A stretch of DNA of 64,000 nt from Alphaproteobacteria bacterium (GCA_046317875.1 JBKCVN010000025.1:15879-79878), one strand, 5' to 3'; counted from the first letter of the stretch, positions 45,989-55,706 are shown. The notes: generated by a model from the sequence alone, not told the origin. Numbers and translations: made by a program.

Positions 45989-46462
45989 ATGAATATGACT
46001 CAGAATACCTATATGATGCAGGCTTTACAAGAAGCAAAATCGGCCGCAGCCAGGGGAGAAGTGCCCGTGGGTGCCCTTATTGTATATAAGGACGAAATAA
46101 TCTCGATGCAGTCCAACCGGGTGATTGAACTGAAAGATCCAACGGCCCATGCCGAGCTTTTAGCCATCCGTGAGGCCTGTGAAAAAATGGGATATGAGCG
46201 TTTAATCGATTGCGATATATATGTTACGTTGGAACCTTGCCCCATGTGTGCCACAGCCATTTCGTTTGGCCGGATTAAGACCGTTTATTATGGAACACCC
46301 GATCCCAAAGGGGGAGGCATTCATCATGGGCCCCAAGTTTATAGCCATACAACGTGCCATCATCGGCCCCAGGTTGTACCAGGGATTCTGCAGCCTGGCT
46401 GTAGTGATATTTTAACTTCTTTTTTTAAAAGCCTTCGGCAAGGCAAGAAAGATAAGTTTTAA
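45989..46462 (+). CDS. tadA: tRNA adenosine(34) deaminase
   Basis: HAELLAIREA and TLEPCPMCATAI (CDA zinc motifs). The start is chosen downstream of the divergent pepF start; 45995 is also possible. Confidence 0.85.
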   Translation: MNMTQNTYMMQALQEAKSAAARGEVPVGALIVYKDEIISMQSNRVIELKDPTAHAELLAIREACEKMGYERLIDCDIYVTLEPCPMCATAISFGRIKTVYYGTPDPKGGGIHHGPQVYSHTTCHHRPQVVPGILQPGCSDILTSFFKSLRQGKKDKF

Positions 46463-47209
46463 ATGATGCACCGTATTAAATTAGTGATCGAATATGATGG
46501 AACCCACTATGCGGGGTGGCAACGACAAGAGAATGTTCCCACCATTCAAGAGGAAATAGAAAAGGCGATCGTGAAGTTTTCGGGATTATCATCGGTGGTC
46601 CTTCATGTGGCAGGCCGTACCGATGCGGGGGTTCATGCCTTGGGCCAAGTGGCCCATGTGGATGTACCAGTTCGATTTGGTGCAGAAACTGTGATGCGGG
46701 CGATTAACCATTATTTAGAAGATCAGCCTATTGCTGTTGTGAATGCGACCGGTGTGGATTCTGAGTTTCATGCGCGATTCTCGGCCATAAAAAGAAGATA
46801 TCTTTATCGTATCCTGAATCGTCGACCCAAATCCACCCTGGATCAGTATCGGGTATGGCACGTGCCAGTGGATTTGAATGTTTCTAGAATGAAGAGTGCC
46901 GCACAGTTTTTCCTGGGGCAACATGATTTCACTTCTTTTCGAACTGTGCACTGCCAAGGCAAAAGCCCCATTAAAACCCTGGACTCATTTAATATCATCC
47001 CAAAAGGGAACGAAATAGAATGTTGGATTGAAGCGCCATCTTTTTTGCACCACCAAGTACGCAACATGGTAGGGACTTTGGTAGAAATTGGAAAGGGCCG
47101 ATGGGAGGCACAAGACATCAAACGTATTCTAGAGGCTAAGGATAGGTCGGCAGCGGGACCCACTGCCCCCCCTTATGGGCTGTATTTTATTTCTGTAACG
47201 TATAAGTAA
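46463..47209 (+). CDS. truA: tRNA pseudouridine(38-40) synthase
   Basis: KLVIEYDGTHYAGWQRQ and the catalytic GRTDAGVHA. Confidence 0.9.
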   Translation: MMHRIKLVIEYDGTHYAGWQRQENVPTIQEEIEKAIVKFSGLSSVVLHVAGRTDAGVHALGQVAHVDVPVRFGAETVMRAINHYLEDQPIAVVNATGVDSEFHARFSAIKRRYLYRILNRRPKSTLDQYRVWHVPVDLNVSRMKSAAQFFLGQHDFTSFRTVHCQGKSPIKTLDSFNIIPKGNEIECWIEAPSFLHHQVRNMVGTLVEIGKGRWEAQDIKRILEAKDRSAAGPTAPPYGLYFISVTYK

Positions 47210-47210
47210 T

Positions 47211-47245
47211 AAAAAAACCCGGGATTTATTCCCGGGTTTTTCTTT
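47211..47245. terminator. Bidirectional rho-independent terminator between truA and tlc
   Basis: aaaaaaacccggga-tttat-tcccgggtttttctttt. Confidence 0.75.
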
Positions 47246-47262
47246 TAAAGATAATCCTAGAA

Positions 47263-48807
47263 TTACTTCTTTTCTTGAGTCAAAGCTGTGAATTTCTTGC
47301 TGAGACCAAAAACAGATAGAATCCAGAAGAACACAACGATTACCAAGATAGGCGCAATGATGTGTACAAGTTGGTACAAGGCACTTCCAGCAAAAGCTGT
47401 AAGCAAGCCCATTTGTACATAAGCACCACCTGATTTACCGCCACGTCCACCAATCACGTCTACAGCTGCTTTACCCGTTGTTTTCAATTCTGGGTCAAGA
47501 GGAATATAGGCCATTTCCTTGGTTGGATCGAACAAAGAGTACTTTACAGCTTTTCCGAAGGCGTTGACACCAAGCCCTAAGAATACTGCAAACACAATTA
47601 ATTCTTTGTTCATGGCGCCTTGAGCAATAGCTTCGGCAATCTTCATGCCTTCTGGTGTCATGGTGTTGTTATAGAAAATCACACCGAAGAAAATTAAAAT
47701 ACCGATCAAAAGAACAACAGGAGTGATCAACGCCGCAGTTCTCCAAGAGAAACGACGAAGAATGTTGCTTCCCACAAGCATCAAGGTAATAGCGATAATA
47801 CCTGTAACCGTAGAAAGACCACCCATCACTGCGTTGTAATCGTTTTCAGTTGGGAAGGCGATCTTAATTTGACCTTTCCATACGCCTTCGAAGATGTTGA
47901 TGGATACGCCGTATGCCAAAACAAGAACGGCAATAAGACCAAGATAAGGAGACTGAGCAATCACTTTGAAGCTTTCCATCAAAGATAGTTTAGCTTTTTT
48001 CTTTTTACCTTCGCCCATAGCTTCAGGATCATAATGCTTCTTGTCTGTTAAAACAGCACGGTTCATCCAGTAGAATGTGGCCAAGAACACAAACCCTAGA
48101 ACAAGTACCAATCCCATCAAGTATTTAAGGCTGAGGCCCCAAGCTTCTGATTGAGATAGACCCATAGTCGTTGTTACTTTGGACAAGTAATAAACAGCAG
48201 GGCCGGATAGAAGAAGACCAAAGTTTCCTAAGAATCCAAACATTCCATAAAAACGCTTTGCTTGAACAACGGGGGTAATAGCGTTCGCAAATTGCCAGAA
48301 TAGCAAGGAAAGAATAGCACTTCCCCATAGTTCGGATAGAATATAGAACAGGCTATATGTCCAGTTTCCAATAATAGGAATGATCCAGTGTAAACCAGGA
48401 TATGTGGCCTGATATTGGGCAATTGTTTCAGCAGACATATGTAACGCGTCCTTCAATGGATAAATGATGTACCCAAAGGATCCAAAGAATGCCAAGAAGG
48501 GAAGGGCTGTGATATAAAACAAGCCTTCGCGCTTAAAGATGTTAGCAGCTTTTGTGTACAAAACCATGAAAAGAACGGCAGATGCGGTAACCCCAATTCC
48601 TTTTAGGAAAGACAAGCTTTCAGCCCCAGATCCGGGTGCCGTTACCACAAGGGCATCCTTTGTGTCACGAAGGACTGTATAAATAGCCAAGACACAAAAC
48701 ATGATGAGCCCCATGGGCAAGAATTTCTTTAACTCGTAATTATGAATGGGCCACAGAATCGAGCGCCAACCTGTAAACTCTGGTGTTGCTAAACGTTTTT
48801 CAGACAT
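47263..48807 (-). CDS. tlc: ATP/ADP translocase (Tlc/NTT nucleotide transporter family)
   Basis: N-terminus ...ILWPIHNYELKKFLPMGLIMFCVLAIYTVLRDTKDALVVT... aligns by eye with Rickettsia/Chlamydia Tlc/Npt1. 12 TM; 514 aa. Confidence 0.85.
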   Translation of the reverse strand: MSEKRLATPEFTGWRSILWPIHNYELKKFLPMGLIMFCVLAIYTVLRDTKDALVVTAPGSGAESLSFLKGIGVTASAVLFMVLYTKAANIFKREGLFYITALPFLAFFGSFGYIIYPLKDALHMSAETIAQYQATYPGLHWIIPIIGNWTYSLFYILSELWGSAILSLLFWQFANAITPVVQAKRFYGMFGFLGNFGLLLSGPAVYYLSKVTTTMGLSQSEAWGLSLKYLMGLVLVLGFVFLATFYWMNRAVLTDKKHYDPEAMGEGKKKKAKLSLMESFKVIAQSPYLGLIAVLVLAYGVSINIFEGVWKGQIKIAFPTENDYNAVMGGLSTVTGIIAITLMLVGSNILRRFSWRTAALITPVVLLIGILIFFGVIFYNNTMTPEGMKIAEAIAQGAMNKELIVFAVFLGLGVNAFGKAVKYSLFDPTKEMAYIPLDPELKTTGKAAVDVIGGRGGKSGGAYVQMGLLTAFAGSALYQLVHIIAPILVIVVFFWILSVFGLSKKFTALTQEKK

Positions 48808-48931
48808 GATAAACCTTATATTAAATTAAACCAAAAATGGACTAAGGCTATTTTCAAGCTAGTCCATGAAAATTCTTTGCATAGATTCCCAAAAAAGTCA
48901 AATCCAAACAAATGGGAATAATTGTAACATT

Positions 48932-49342
48932 TTATCGCGATTTGTGTGAAGGGTTCAAAAGTCTCTGAATTTCTTCTCTTACGATTTTTTCCACAATCTG
49001 AGACAAATTCTTTTCGATCCAGCTTTTAATAAGGGGATTCATAGAAGTCAGAATCATGGTTTCTAAGGGACTTTTCCCAGAGCCGGCAGAAGAAACTTTC
49101 GGGGCAGGTTTTGCTTCTGATAAAGTTTCTTTCACAGAAATATCGGCTTTCTTTCTTAGAACCAGAACGTCTTCTTTCGGGGCCACAAGGGGGGGTCTGG
49201 TAACTTTTTTAGAGGGTGTTTCCGCCATGGGAGTCAGGCTTGGTTCCATAATTTTTCGAATCGAAGATAGAATCTCTTCCAAGCTTTCTTCGGGTTGATC
49301 TTCAAATGGATTCAAATCTTTAGAGTCCGTGAAGAGCGTCAT
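48932..49342 (-). CDS. DUF2497 / PopZ-like pole-organising protein
   Basis: N-terminal EESLEEILSSIRKIM. Pro-rich linker. C-terminal LETMILTSMNPLIKSWIEKNLSQIVEKIVREEIQRLL (compare Caulobacter PopZ EEILASIRRII ... LLRPLLKEWLDQNLPRIVE). Coupled to tolC (4-nt overlap). Confidence 0.7.
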   Translation of the reverse strand: MTLFTDSKDLNPFEDQPEESLEEILSSIRKIMEPSLTPMAETPSKKVTRPPLVAPKEDVLVLRKKADISVKETLSEAKPAPKVSSAGSGKSPLETMILTSMNPLIKSWIEKNLSQIVEKIVREEIQRLLNPSHKSR

Positions 49343-51480
49343 TTACTGGCCTCGGCTTCTTTCATCAGAGAAGTGGAAAGCTCTTGCGCCTCTATTCGTT
49401 CATCTGGATTAATATTTGTGCCCCAGAATGAGAGATTCTCATAATCAGCTGTTGGATTATACGCGGCCACTTGAAGATTCAAAGTTTCTGTATTGAGCTG
49501 ACCAATGGTGGCCAAAAGTTGGTACGAGTTCAATATGACAGCCTGCTCAGCGTTCACTAAATCTACTTGAGCCGAAAATAACTCTTGCTCGGCCGTCAGC
49601 ACATCCAATGTGGTTTTATTGCCTGCCAAAAACTCTTCAGTAACGGTTTCTACAGCAATTTTTGCTGCATTGACCTGGGACTTAATTTGGGTGATTTTTG
49701 CTCGGGCAGCTTCTAGGGAGTCCCAATAGCGACTGACCAATTCCATCACATTTCGGCGTTCGTAAATAGCTGCCAAGCGTTTCTGGGCCGCCGCATATTT
49801 TTGTTGGCGAATACCCGATTGGGTGGCACCCCTGAAGTCCAAAGGAATAGAAAGGGTAGCCCCTGCTTCTACGGCTTCTTGTCGCCCTCGACCATGGTTG
49901 TTGTAATAGGAACTTCCCCAGTTGTCGGTTAATTTTCGGCTGGCAGATGCGCTGATGTCAAAAGAGGGCAGGAGCTCACTGAAACTTTGGTCGGTTCTGG
50001 CTTTGGCGGCGTCTGCGATGGCTTCTTGTTTCTGCAGTTCGGGACTTAATTTAAGAGCCAGCTGGATGGCGTCAGCTTTGGAGGCTGGTAGTAAGTGGGT
50101 AGGTTCCGAGGGTTTCTCTAAGGCTTTTTCTACCGTAATGCCTGTTACTTTGACAAACGTGGCTTTGGCAATTTCAACTTCACTCAACGCTGTAATAACG
50201 TCTGCTTTGGCTTTGTCTAGTTTGGCTTGGGTTGCGGCCACGTCATATCGTGTTAGTTCTCCAAATTCGTATCGATTTTGGGCGACTTCTAACTGCTTTT
50301 CCAGAAGAGCTTGATTGGCTTTATTTAGACGGAACAATTCTTGGCGGGCAGATAGTTCAATAAAGCTTTTTATGGCCGAATACAAAGTGTCTCGTAGGGT
50401 GCCCATATAGGCGGCTAACGTGGCATCCAGATTTTTTTCTTGAGCCAGAATATTGGCGGTGGTGGCCCCCCCACTATACAGGTTTTGTTGCAAGGTAAGA
50501 CTGCCTTGCGTCGTGCCAGATTGGGTGTTCCCCTGGCTATCGACTCGTGTTCTCGCATTCGATAAGTTTCCACTGGATACATAGTCTCCACTGGTTCGGC
50601 TGTACCCCAGGCTTGCACTAGTTTTAGGGAGCCATTGTCTTTTGGCACCGGCTAGGGCCATTTGGGCTTCTTTGACCTGGTATTCGGCTGTCAAAAGGGG
50701 GCTTTGATTATATGCACCTTCAAGCGCGTCTTTTAACGTGAGAAAATTTTGTTCTGTTTTTATTTCTTCTATTTTTTCATCCGAGGTGGGGCCTGACTCT
50801 GCAGACAAGGCCTCTTCCGGTGTTTTTTCGCTGACGGGGGTGACAATCTCGTCATTTAAAACATTTGATTCTGGTTGGGGCTCAGGGGGGGCAGAGGGTG
50901 AGGATTCAGAGGTGGATTCTTGTGGTTCATCTGGTGTGGGAGCAGGGGCTGTTTCAATAGCCTCGCTACTGGACGACTGAAGGTCATCAGAAGGTGAATT
51001 GGTTTCAGAAGGGTCTTCAGCAGAGTCCGTTTGAGTTTCTTGTATAGTGGACGATTCTGTCAAAGTTGTAGGGTCCACGGCTTCTGTAGGATCCGCCAGG
51101 GGCTCAGAGACGGTTTCTGAAGGGACTGTGTCGGAAGCAGGAGATTCCCCATTGGCGGCAGGAATGGATTCTGCAGGTGGGGTTTCACCAGTTGACGTCA
51201 TATCAGTATTAGACCCTAAATTGGAATCAGCCTGAGGGACATCTTCCTGAAGGGGCATGGAATCGCTGGGGGTCGAGACATCCAAGGGAGCCTCAGCCAC
51301 AACAGGAGCCATCGTTGAAGATGGGTTTCTTCTTCTTTTTTTGTGGCGAGTCTTATTTTTTTTCAGTACTTTGGCAATTTTCTTGCTTTTTTTAGGACGC
51401 GCTGACGCCGTATCCAGACAAGATATGGAAAGTACAACAATTAAAAAAGACACCCAAAAAGATTTAATAATTTTTATCAT
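49339..51480 (-). CDS. tolC: TolC-family outer-membrane channel with ~220-aa disordered N-terminal insertion
   Basis: Signal peptide, a basic patch (RPKKSKKIAKVLKKNKTRHKKRRR), then a long Pro/Ser/Thr/Glu/Asp-rich stretch. A canonical TolC body starts at LTLKDALEGAYNQSPLLTAEYQ, with two OEP repeats. Confidence 0.8.
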   Translation of the reverse strand: MIKIIKSFWVSFLIVVLSISCLDTASARPKKSKKIAKVLKKNKTRHKKRRRNPSSTMAPVVAEAPLDVSTPSDSMPLQEDVPQADSNLGSNTDMTSTGETPPAESIPAANGESPASDTVPSETVSEPLADPTEAVDPTTLTESSTIQETQTDSAEDPSETNSPSDDLQSSSSEAIETAPAPTPDEPQESTSESSPSAPPEPQPESNVLNDEIVTPVSEKTPEEALSAESGPTSDEKIEEIKTEQNFLTLKDALEGAYNQSPLLTAEYQVKEAQMALAGAKRQWLPKTSASLGYSRTSGDYVSSGNLSNARTRVDSQGNTQSGTTQGSLTLQQNLYSGGATTANILAQEKNLDATLAAYMGTLRDTLYSAIKSFIELSARQELFRLNKANQALLEKQLEVAQNRYEFGELTRYDVAATQAKLDKAKADVITALSEVEIAKATFVKVTGITVEKALEKPSEPTHLLPASKADAIQLALKLSPELQKQEAIADAAKARTDQSFSELLPSFDISASASRKLTDNWGSSYYNNHGRGRQEAVEAGATLSIPLDFRGATQSGIRQQKYAAAQKRLAAIYERRNVMELVSRYWDSLEAARAKITQIKSQVNAAKIAVETVTEEFLAGNKTTLDVLTAEQELFSAQVDLVNAEQAVILNSYQLLATIGQLNTETLNLQVAAYNPTADYENLSFWGTNINPDERIEAQELSTSLMKEAEASK

Positions 51481-51588
51481 TTACTGATGAATCCTTAAAA
51501 ACCACTCAATCATACATATCTTTTCATTAGATGTGAAGATTTTAATAAGCTTGTAAAAACCATACAGCTATTATAAGAAATAAAAATC

Positions 51589-52149
51589 ATGTCTATGCAA
51601 AAACAGTCAGCTTTTTTTTCTTATTACAAATCAAAAAATGAGGAATCCCATCCTTGTGCTGTGGAGGGGTGTGAAAATCCAGGAAGCCACACCGTACTGC
51701 TGAATCCCAAGAATTCGCGTGATCGAGCCCACATGTGTTTAGACCATGCCCAAGCCCATAACAAGAAGCTTGATTATTTTAAAAACATGGGACGACGTGA
51801 GATAGAAAATGAAATTAAAAAAGATACAGTTTGGCGCTTGCCCACATGGCCCTTGCGAGGAGATTATCGTCGTTTATTTATTCATTCTTCTGTCGAATCT
51901 TTTTATGGACGACCCATGGAAAAGACTGCTGCGGCATCCGCCGTTGTTCTTCCCCCCGAGATTGAAGAGGCAGCTAATATAATGGGAATCTCTTTGCCCA
52001 TCACTCTGTCGGCCCTTAAAAAAATATATAAAGAAAAGGTTAAACAGAACCATCCTGACCTTAACCAAAATAAACAAGGGGCAGAAGAAGAGTTGAAAAA
52101 AATTAATATTGCCTATAAAACCCTCTGCGATTATTTAAAACATGCCTAA
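51589..52149 (+). CDS. J-domain protein (alphaproteobacterial DnaJ-like with N-terminal Cys/His motif)
   Basis: C-terminal J domain ...LKKIYKEKVKQNHPDLNQ...INIAYKTL. N-terminal CAVEGCENPGSH...CLDH. Confidence 0.7.
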   Translation: MSMQKQSAFFSYYKSKNEESHPCAVEGCENPGSHTVLLNPKNSRDRAHMCLDHAQAHNKKLDYFKNMGRREIENEIKKDTVWRLPTWPLRGDYRRLFIHSSVESFYGRPMEKTAAASAVVLPPEIEEAANIMGISLPITLSALKKIYKEKVKQNHPDLNQNKQGAEEELKKINIAYKTLCDYLKHA

Positions 52150-53560
52150 GTTTTTTTTCATTCCCTCCTTGCTTTTGTTATTTTATGCAGGGCTGGGCGC
52201 CTATCCTTTACTGAACAACAATGAAGGCCTCTATGCCCAGATTGCCTGGGAAATGGTGCAAAGTGGTGACTGGGTTATCCCCCATTTAAATGGGGTGCCG
52301 TATATTGAAAAGCCGCCCCTATTGTATTGGCTTATTGCTGTTAGTTTTAAATTTTTTGGAAAAACGGCCTTTGCGGCCCGATTGGTGCCCGCCACTTTTG
52401 GATTGGCCACTTGTCTTTCTTTATATTTCTTTGCCAGATCGATTCAGAAAAAAAAGTGGGGGCAGTATTCAGCGGTTATCTTAGCCAGTTTTGCTGGGTT
52501 TATGATTTTCTCACGAATGGTATTTTTTGATGTGGCCCTTACATTCTTTTTAACAGCTGCGGCGTTATGTTTTTACAAGTTTTATGAAACCTTAACTCAA
52601 AGATATTTATATCTTTTTTCTGCGTGGATGGCAGGGGCTGTGTTGACCAAGGGGATTGTGGCCCTGGCACTGATGGGCGCGCTGATTATTTCTTTTTTAT
52701 GTGTGGAAAAAAAATTAGAATTCCTGAAATATTTTTTTAATCCAGGTGCGATTCTTATCTTCTTGGGTCTTACGGTGCCGTGGCATGTGGCGGCTTCCTT
52801 GAAAGAGCCAGGTTTTGCTTTGTTTTACTTTGTTAATGAACATTGGCTGAGATTTGTGGACCAACGCATCCCCCGTGATTATTACAGGGGCCCTTTGTAT
52901 TATTATGTGCCCCGTCTTTTAGGCTATATGGTGCCTTGGACCTTTGTTATTCTTTTTACGATTAAGAAAAACCTATTTTCTTCCCTTTCTTCTTTCCAAA
53001 AATACCTCATGTGTTGGTTTTTAAGTTTTTTGGTTTTTTTCTCGGTGTCCAAAGCGAAAGCCAATTACTATATGGTGGTGGGATTGCCCCCATTGGCCTT
53101 AGGACTAGGTCACGTGATGACCGAAAAGTTGCGCCAGGGTCGATTAATTTTGATAGTTAATGTTGCGGGCGCATTGACCCTTCTAACGGGTGGGGTGTGG
53201 TATATGAACCGGCATGCCCAATCATTCTCGGTTGAACCCAGTTTATCGTCTATTCAAAAAAATGTTCCTATTTATTTATATAAACGATTTGAAGAGCTAT
53301 CCACCCTCCCTTTTTATGCCAATCAGTCCATTCCCATTATTGACAGCGAAAGCTGGGATTTGTGGTATGCACAACAACAAGGGCATGAGGCAACTTTTTT
53401 GCCCTATTTATATAATTTAAATCTTCCTGGTTATGTTTATGTTTTGAACCGGGATGAAGAAACCTTCCTGAAAAAATATCAAGACTTTCATCCTAAAATT
53501 ATTTACACTTCTTCTGTATATAAAATATTTTTTATAGAAAAACAGCGGAGGGCCCCATGA
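52142..53560 (+). CDS. ArnT-like glycosyltransferase (GT39/GT83 PMT_2 family), second copy
   Basis: N-terminal ...NEGLYAQIAWEMVQSGDWVIPHLNGVPYIEKPPLLYWL..., parallel to the ArnT at 58861..60519 ([38 protein letters not shown]). Polytopic. Confidence 0.75.
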   Translation: MPKFFFIPSLLLLFYAGLGAYPLLNNNEGLYAQIAWEMVQSGDWVIPHLNGVPYIEKPPLLYWLIAVSFKFFGKTAFAARLVPATFGLATCLSLYFFARSIQKKKWGQYSAVILASFAGFMIFSRMVFFDVALTFFLTAAALCFYKFYETLTQRYLYLFSAWMAGAVLTKGIVALALMGALIISFLCVEKKLEFLKYFFNPGAILIFLGLTVPWHVAASLKEPGFALFYFVNEHWLRFVDQRIPRDYYRGPLYYYVPRLLGYMVPWTFVILFTIKKNLFSSLSSFQKYLMCWFLSFLVFFSVSKAKANYYMVVGLPPLALGLGHVMTEKLRQGRLILIVNVAGALTLLTGGVWYMNRHAQSFSVEPSLSSIQKNVPIYLYKRFEELSTLPFYANQSIPIIDSESWDLWYAQQQGHEATFLPYLYNLNLPGYVYVLNRDEETFLKKYQDFHPKIIYTSSVYKIFFIEKQRRAP

Positions 53561-54825
53561 GCTTTGTTAGAAAAACTGTAGATTCTTTCAGTATTTATTT
53601 TGAAAAACGTCTGATTGTTATTTTACTTTTAGGTTTTTCAAGTGGCCTGCCACTTTTGTTAACTTTATCTACTTTATCTTTTTGGTTTGCAAAGGTGGGC
53701 ATCGATAAAAAAACAATCGGTCTTTTTGCTTTGGTTGGATTGCCTTATGTTTGGAAATTTGTTTGGGCCCCCTTATTGGACCGCTTTCATGTTCCTTTTT
53801 TAAGCAAAAAGCTGGGAAGGCGCAGGGGATGGTTGTTATTTATTCAAATCTGTCTGGCTGCATCAATTATCATGATGGGGCATAGCCAGCCGGAAGAAAA
53901 TCTTTTCTTAACGGCTGTATTTGCTTTGTGTGTTTCTTTTTTCTCGGCTACCCAAGATATTCTGATTGATGCTTATCGCATTGAATCGTTAGCTCCTTCA
54001 GAGTATGCGGCAGGGGGCGGTGTGGAAGTGTTTGGATATCGTTTGGGAATGATTGTGGCCGGAGGGTTTGCCTTGTCCTTATCTGACAGCTATTCCTGGT
54101 CCACTGTGTACTTGATCATGGGGCTTTTCATGGGTGTGGGTATGTTGACCACCTTGTTTTGTAAAGAACCCCCTGCATCGAAAAAAGTGGATCTAGAGAA
54201 GAAAAGCCTGAAGACAGTTATCATTGATCCTTTCCTTGAATTTATTAAAAGACCAGGTTGGTTCTGGGTATTGCTGTTTATCATTTTGTATCGGTTTGGG
54301 GATAACATTATTGGACAGATGGCCACCGTTTTTTATCAGAAGCTAGGCTTTACAGGGACTGAGATTGGGATGGTCACCAAAACATTCGGGATCTGGATGG
54401 TGGTTGTGGGCGGCCTTTTAGGGGGTGCCATTGCCAAGCGGATTGGAATTATGAAAACTCTTCTGTGGGGAGGAATCCTTCATATTTTATCAAATGGTTT
54501 CTTTATTGCCTTGGCCCTTCATGGGCATTCCATGCCCTATCTGTATGGGACCATTATTTCCGAAAACCTTTCGGGGGGTATCATGACCAGCGCCTTTGTG
54601 GCTTATTTATCCCGCTTATGTAATATTAACTTTACGGCTACTCAGTATGCCCTTCTTTCGGCCCTGATGGCTGTGGGACGCGTATTTGTTCAATCTAGCT
54701 CAGGATTCCTGGCTGAACGATTTGACTGGGTTACGTTCTTTGTGATTGCAAGCGCTGCAGCGTTGCCTGGGTTGTTCTTATTGACATACCTGATGAAAAG
54801 ATTTCCGATCAACGAGAAAGCTTAG
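53557..54825 (+). CDS. ampG: AmpG-family muropeptide MFS permease
   Basis: ...LGFSSGLPLLLTLSTLSFWF...VGLPYVWKFVWAPLLDR...GRRRGWLL...; 12-14 TM. ATGA overlap with the upstream gene. Confidence 0.8.
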   Translation: MSFVRKTVDSFSIYFEKRLIVILLLGFSSGLPLLLTLSTLSFWFAKVGIDKKTIGLFALVGLPYVWKFVWAPLLDRFHVPFLSKKLGRRRGWLLFIQICLAASIIMMGHSQPEENLFLTAVFALCVSFFSATQDILIDAYRIESLAPSEYAAGGGVEVFGYRLGMIVAGGFALSLSDSYSWSTVYLIMGLFMGVGMLTTLFCKEPPASKKVDLEKKSLKTVIIDPFLEFIKRPGWFWVLLFIILYRFGDNIIGQMATVFYQKLGFTGTEIGMVTKTFGIWMVVVGGLLGGAIAKRIGIMKTLLWGGILHILSNGFFIALALHGHSMPYLYGTIISENLSGGIMTSAFVAYLSRLCNINFTATQYALLSALMAVGRVFVQSSSGFLAERFDWVTFFVIASAAALPGLFLLTYLMKRFPINEKA

Positions 54826-55705
54826 TGCGGCTTTGTTGATAAATAATATAGCCACCCGCCGCAATGACAATAGGGGTGCCCAGCAGAAGGTTCAGGCCTA
54901 GGCTTTCCTCCCAGCGCAGATAGCCAAATAAAGATGCCCAAATCATCAACGTATAAAGTAGGGGGGCAATAACGGCTGCTGGGGCCATGCTGTAGGCCAG
55001 GACCATAAAAACTTGACCAATCGCACTGACCAGCCCAATTGCAATCAATAACAAAAAGTTCATAGAACTGATGGAACCCCAGAAGAAAGGGACCAAAAGG
55101 GCCGCGAGGATTGTGAGGACTAAGGTGTGATAAAAGGTTGTTGTAACGGGGCTGTCAGTCCTAGATAATTGCCTGCCCATAATCGCAATGGTGGCCTCTA
55201 AGAAGGCCGATAAAATGCCCGCTAATCCACCCATAAATGTTATGTTCCCAGAAGGATTGGCCATAATCGATACGCCCATGAAACCTATCAAAACCGCAAT
55301 CCATATTTTCCATCCCACCCGTTCTTTTAACAGGGGATAGGACAAAGCGGTAATAAAAAGGGGGGCGGCAAAAGCCAGGGCAGTTCCATCCGTTAAAGGC
55401 AACACATCAAACGAGTAAAACATGGCGCATAAACTGATAAACCCAATGGTGCCCCTAAGAAGTTGGTAAGATGGTTTTTGTGTTTTAAAAAGGCTTAGTT
55501 TCTGAGAATAGGCCGCATAAATAAATAGGGTCACCAGGGCCCATACCGAGCGGAAGAATATGATTTGAATCACACTGCATTCTGCTGTGGTTTCTTTGAC
55601 AAGCGCATTTCCAATACCAAAAAGAAACATGGCCAATGCCATGTATAAAGCCCCCTTCCATACCGCGGTTGATGTTTTAGGCAGAGAAGGGGGACTTTTT
55701 TTCAT
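54809..55705 (-). CDS. EamA/DMT-family transporter, last gene of the arn operon
   Basis: 10 TM in two EamA halves. I prefer the start MKKSPPSL at 55705, 2 nt after the preceding stop, over the ORF-track start at 55771. Confidence 0.7.
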   Translation of the reverse strand: MKKSPPSLPKTSTAVWKGALYMALAMFLFGIGNALVKETTAECSVIQIIFFRSVWALVTLFIYAAYSQKLSLFKTQKPSYQLLRGTIGFISLCAMFYSFDVLPLTDGTALAFAAPLFITALSYPLLKERVGWKIWIAVLIGFMGVSIMANPSGNITFMGGLAGILSAFLEATIAIMGRQLSRTDSPVTTTFYHTLVLTILAALLVPFFWGSISSMNFLLLIAIGLVSAIGQVFMVLAYSMAPAAVIAPLLYTLMIWASLFGYLRWEESLGLNLLLGTPIVIAAGGYIIYQQSRTKLSR

Positions 55706-55706
55706 T

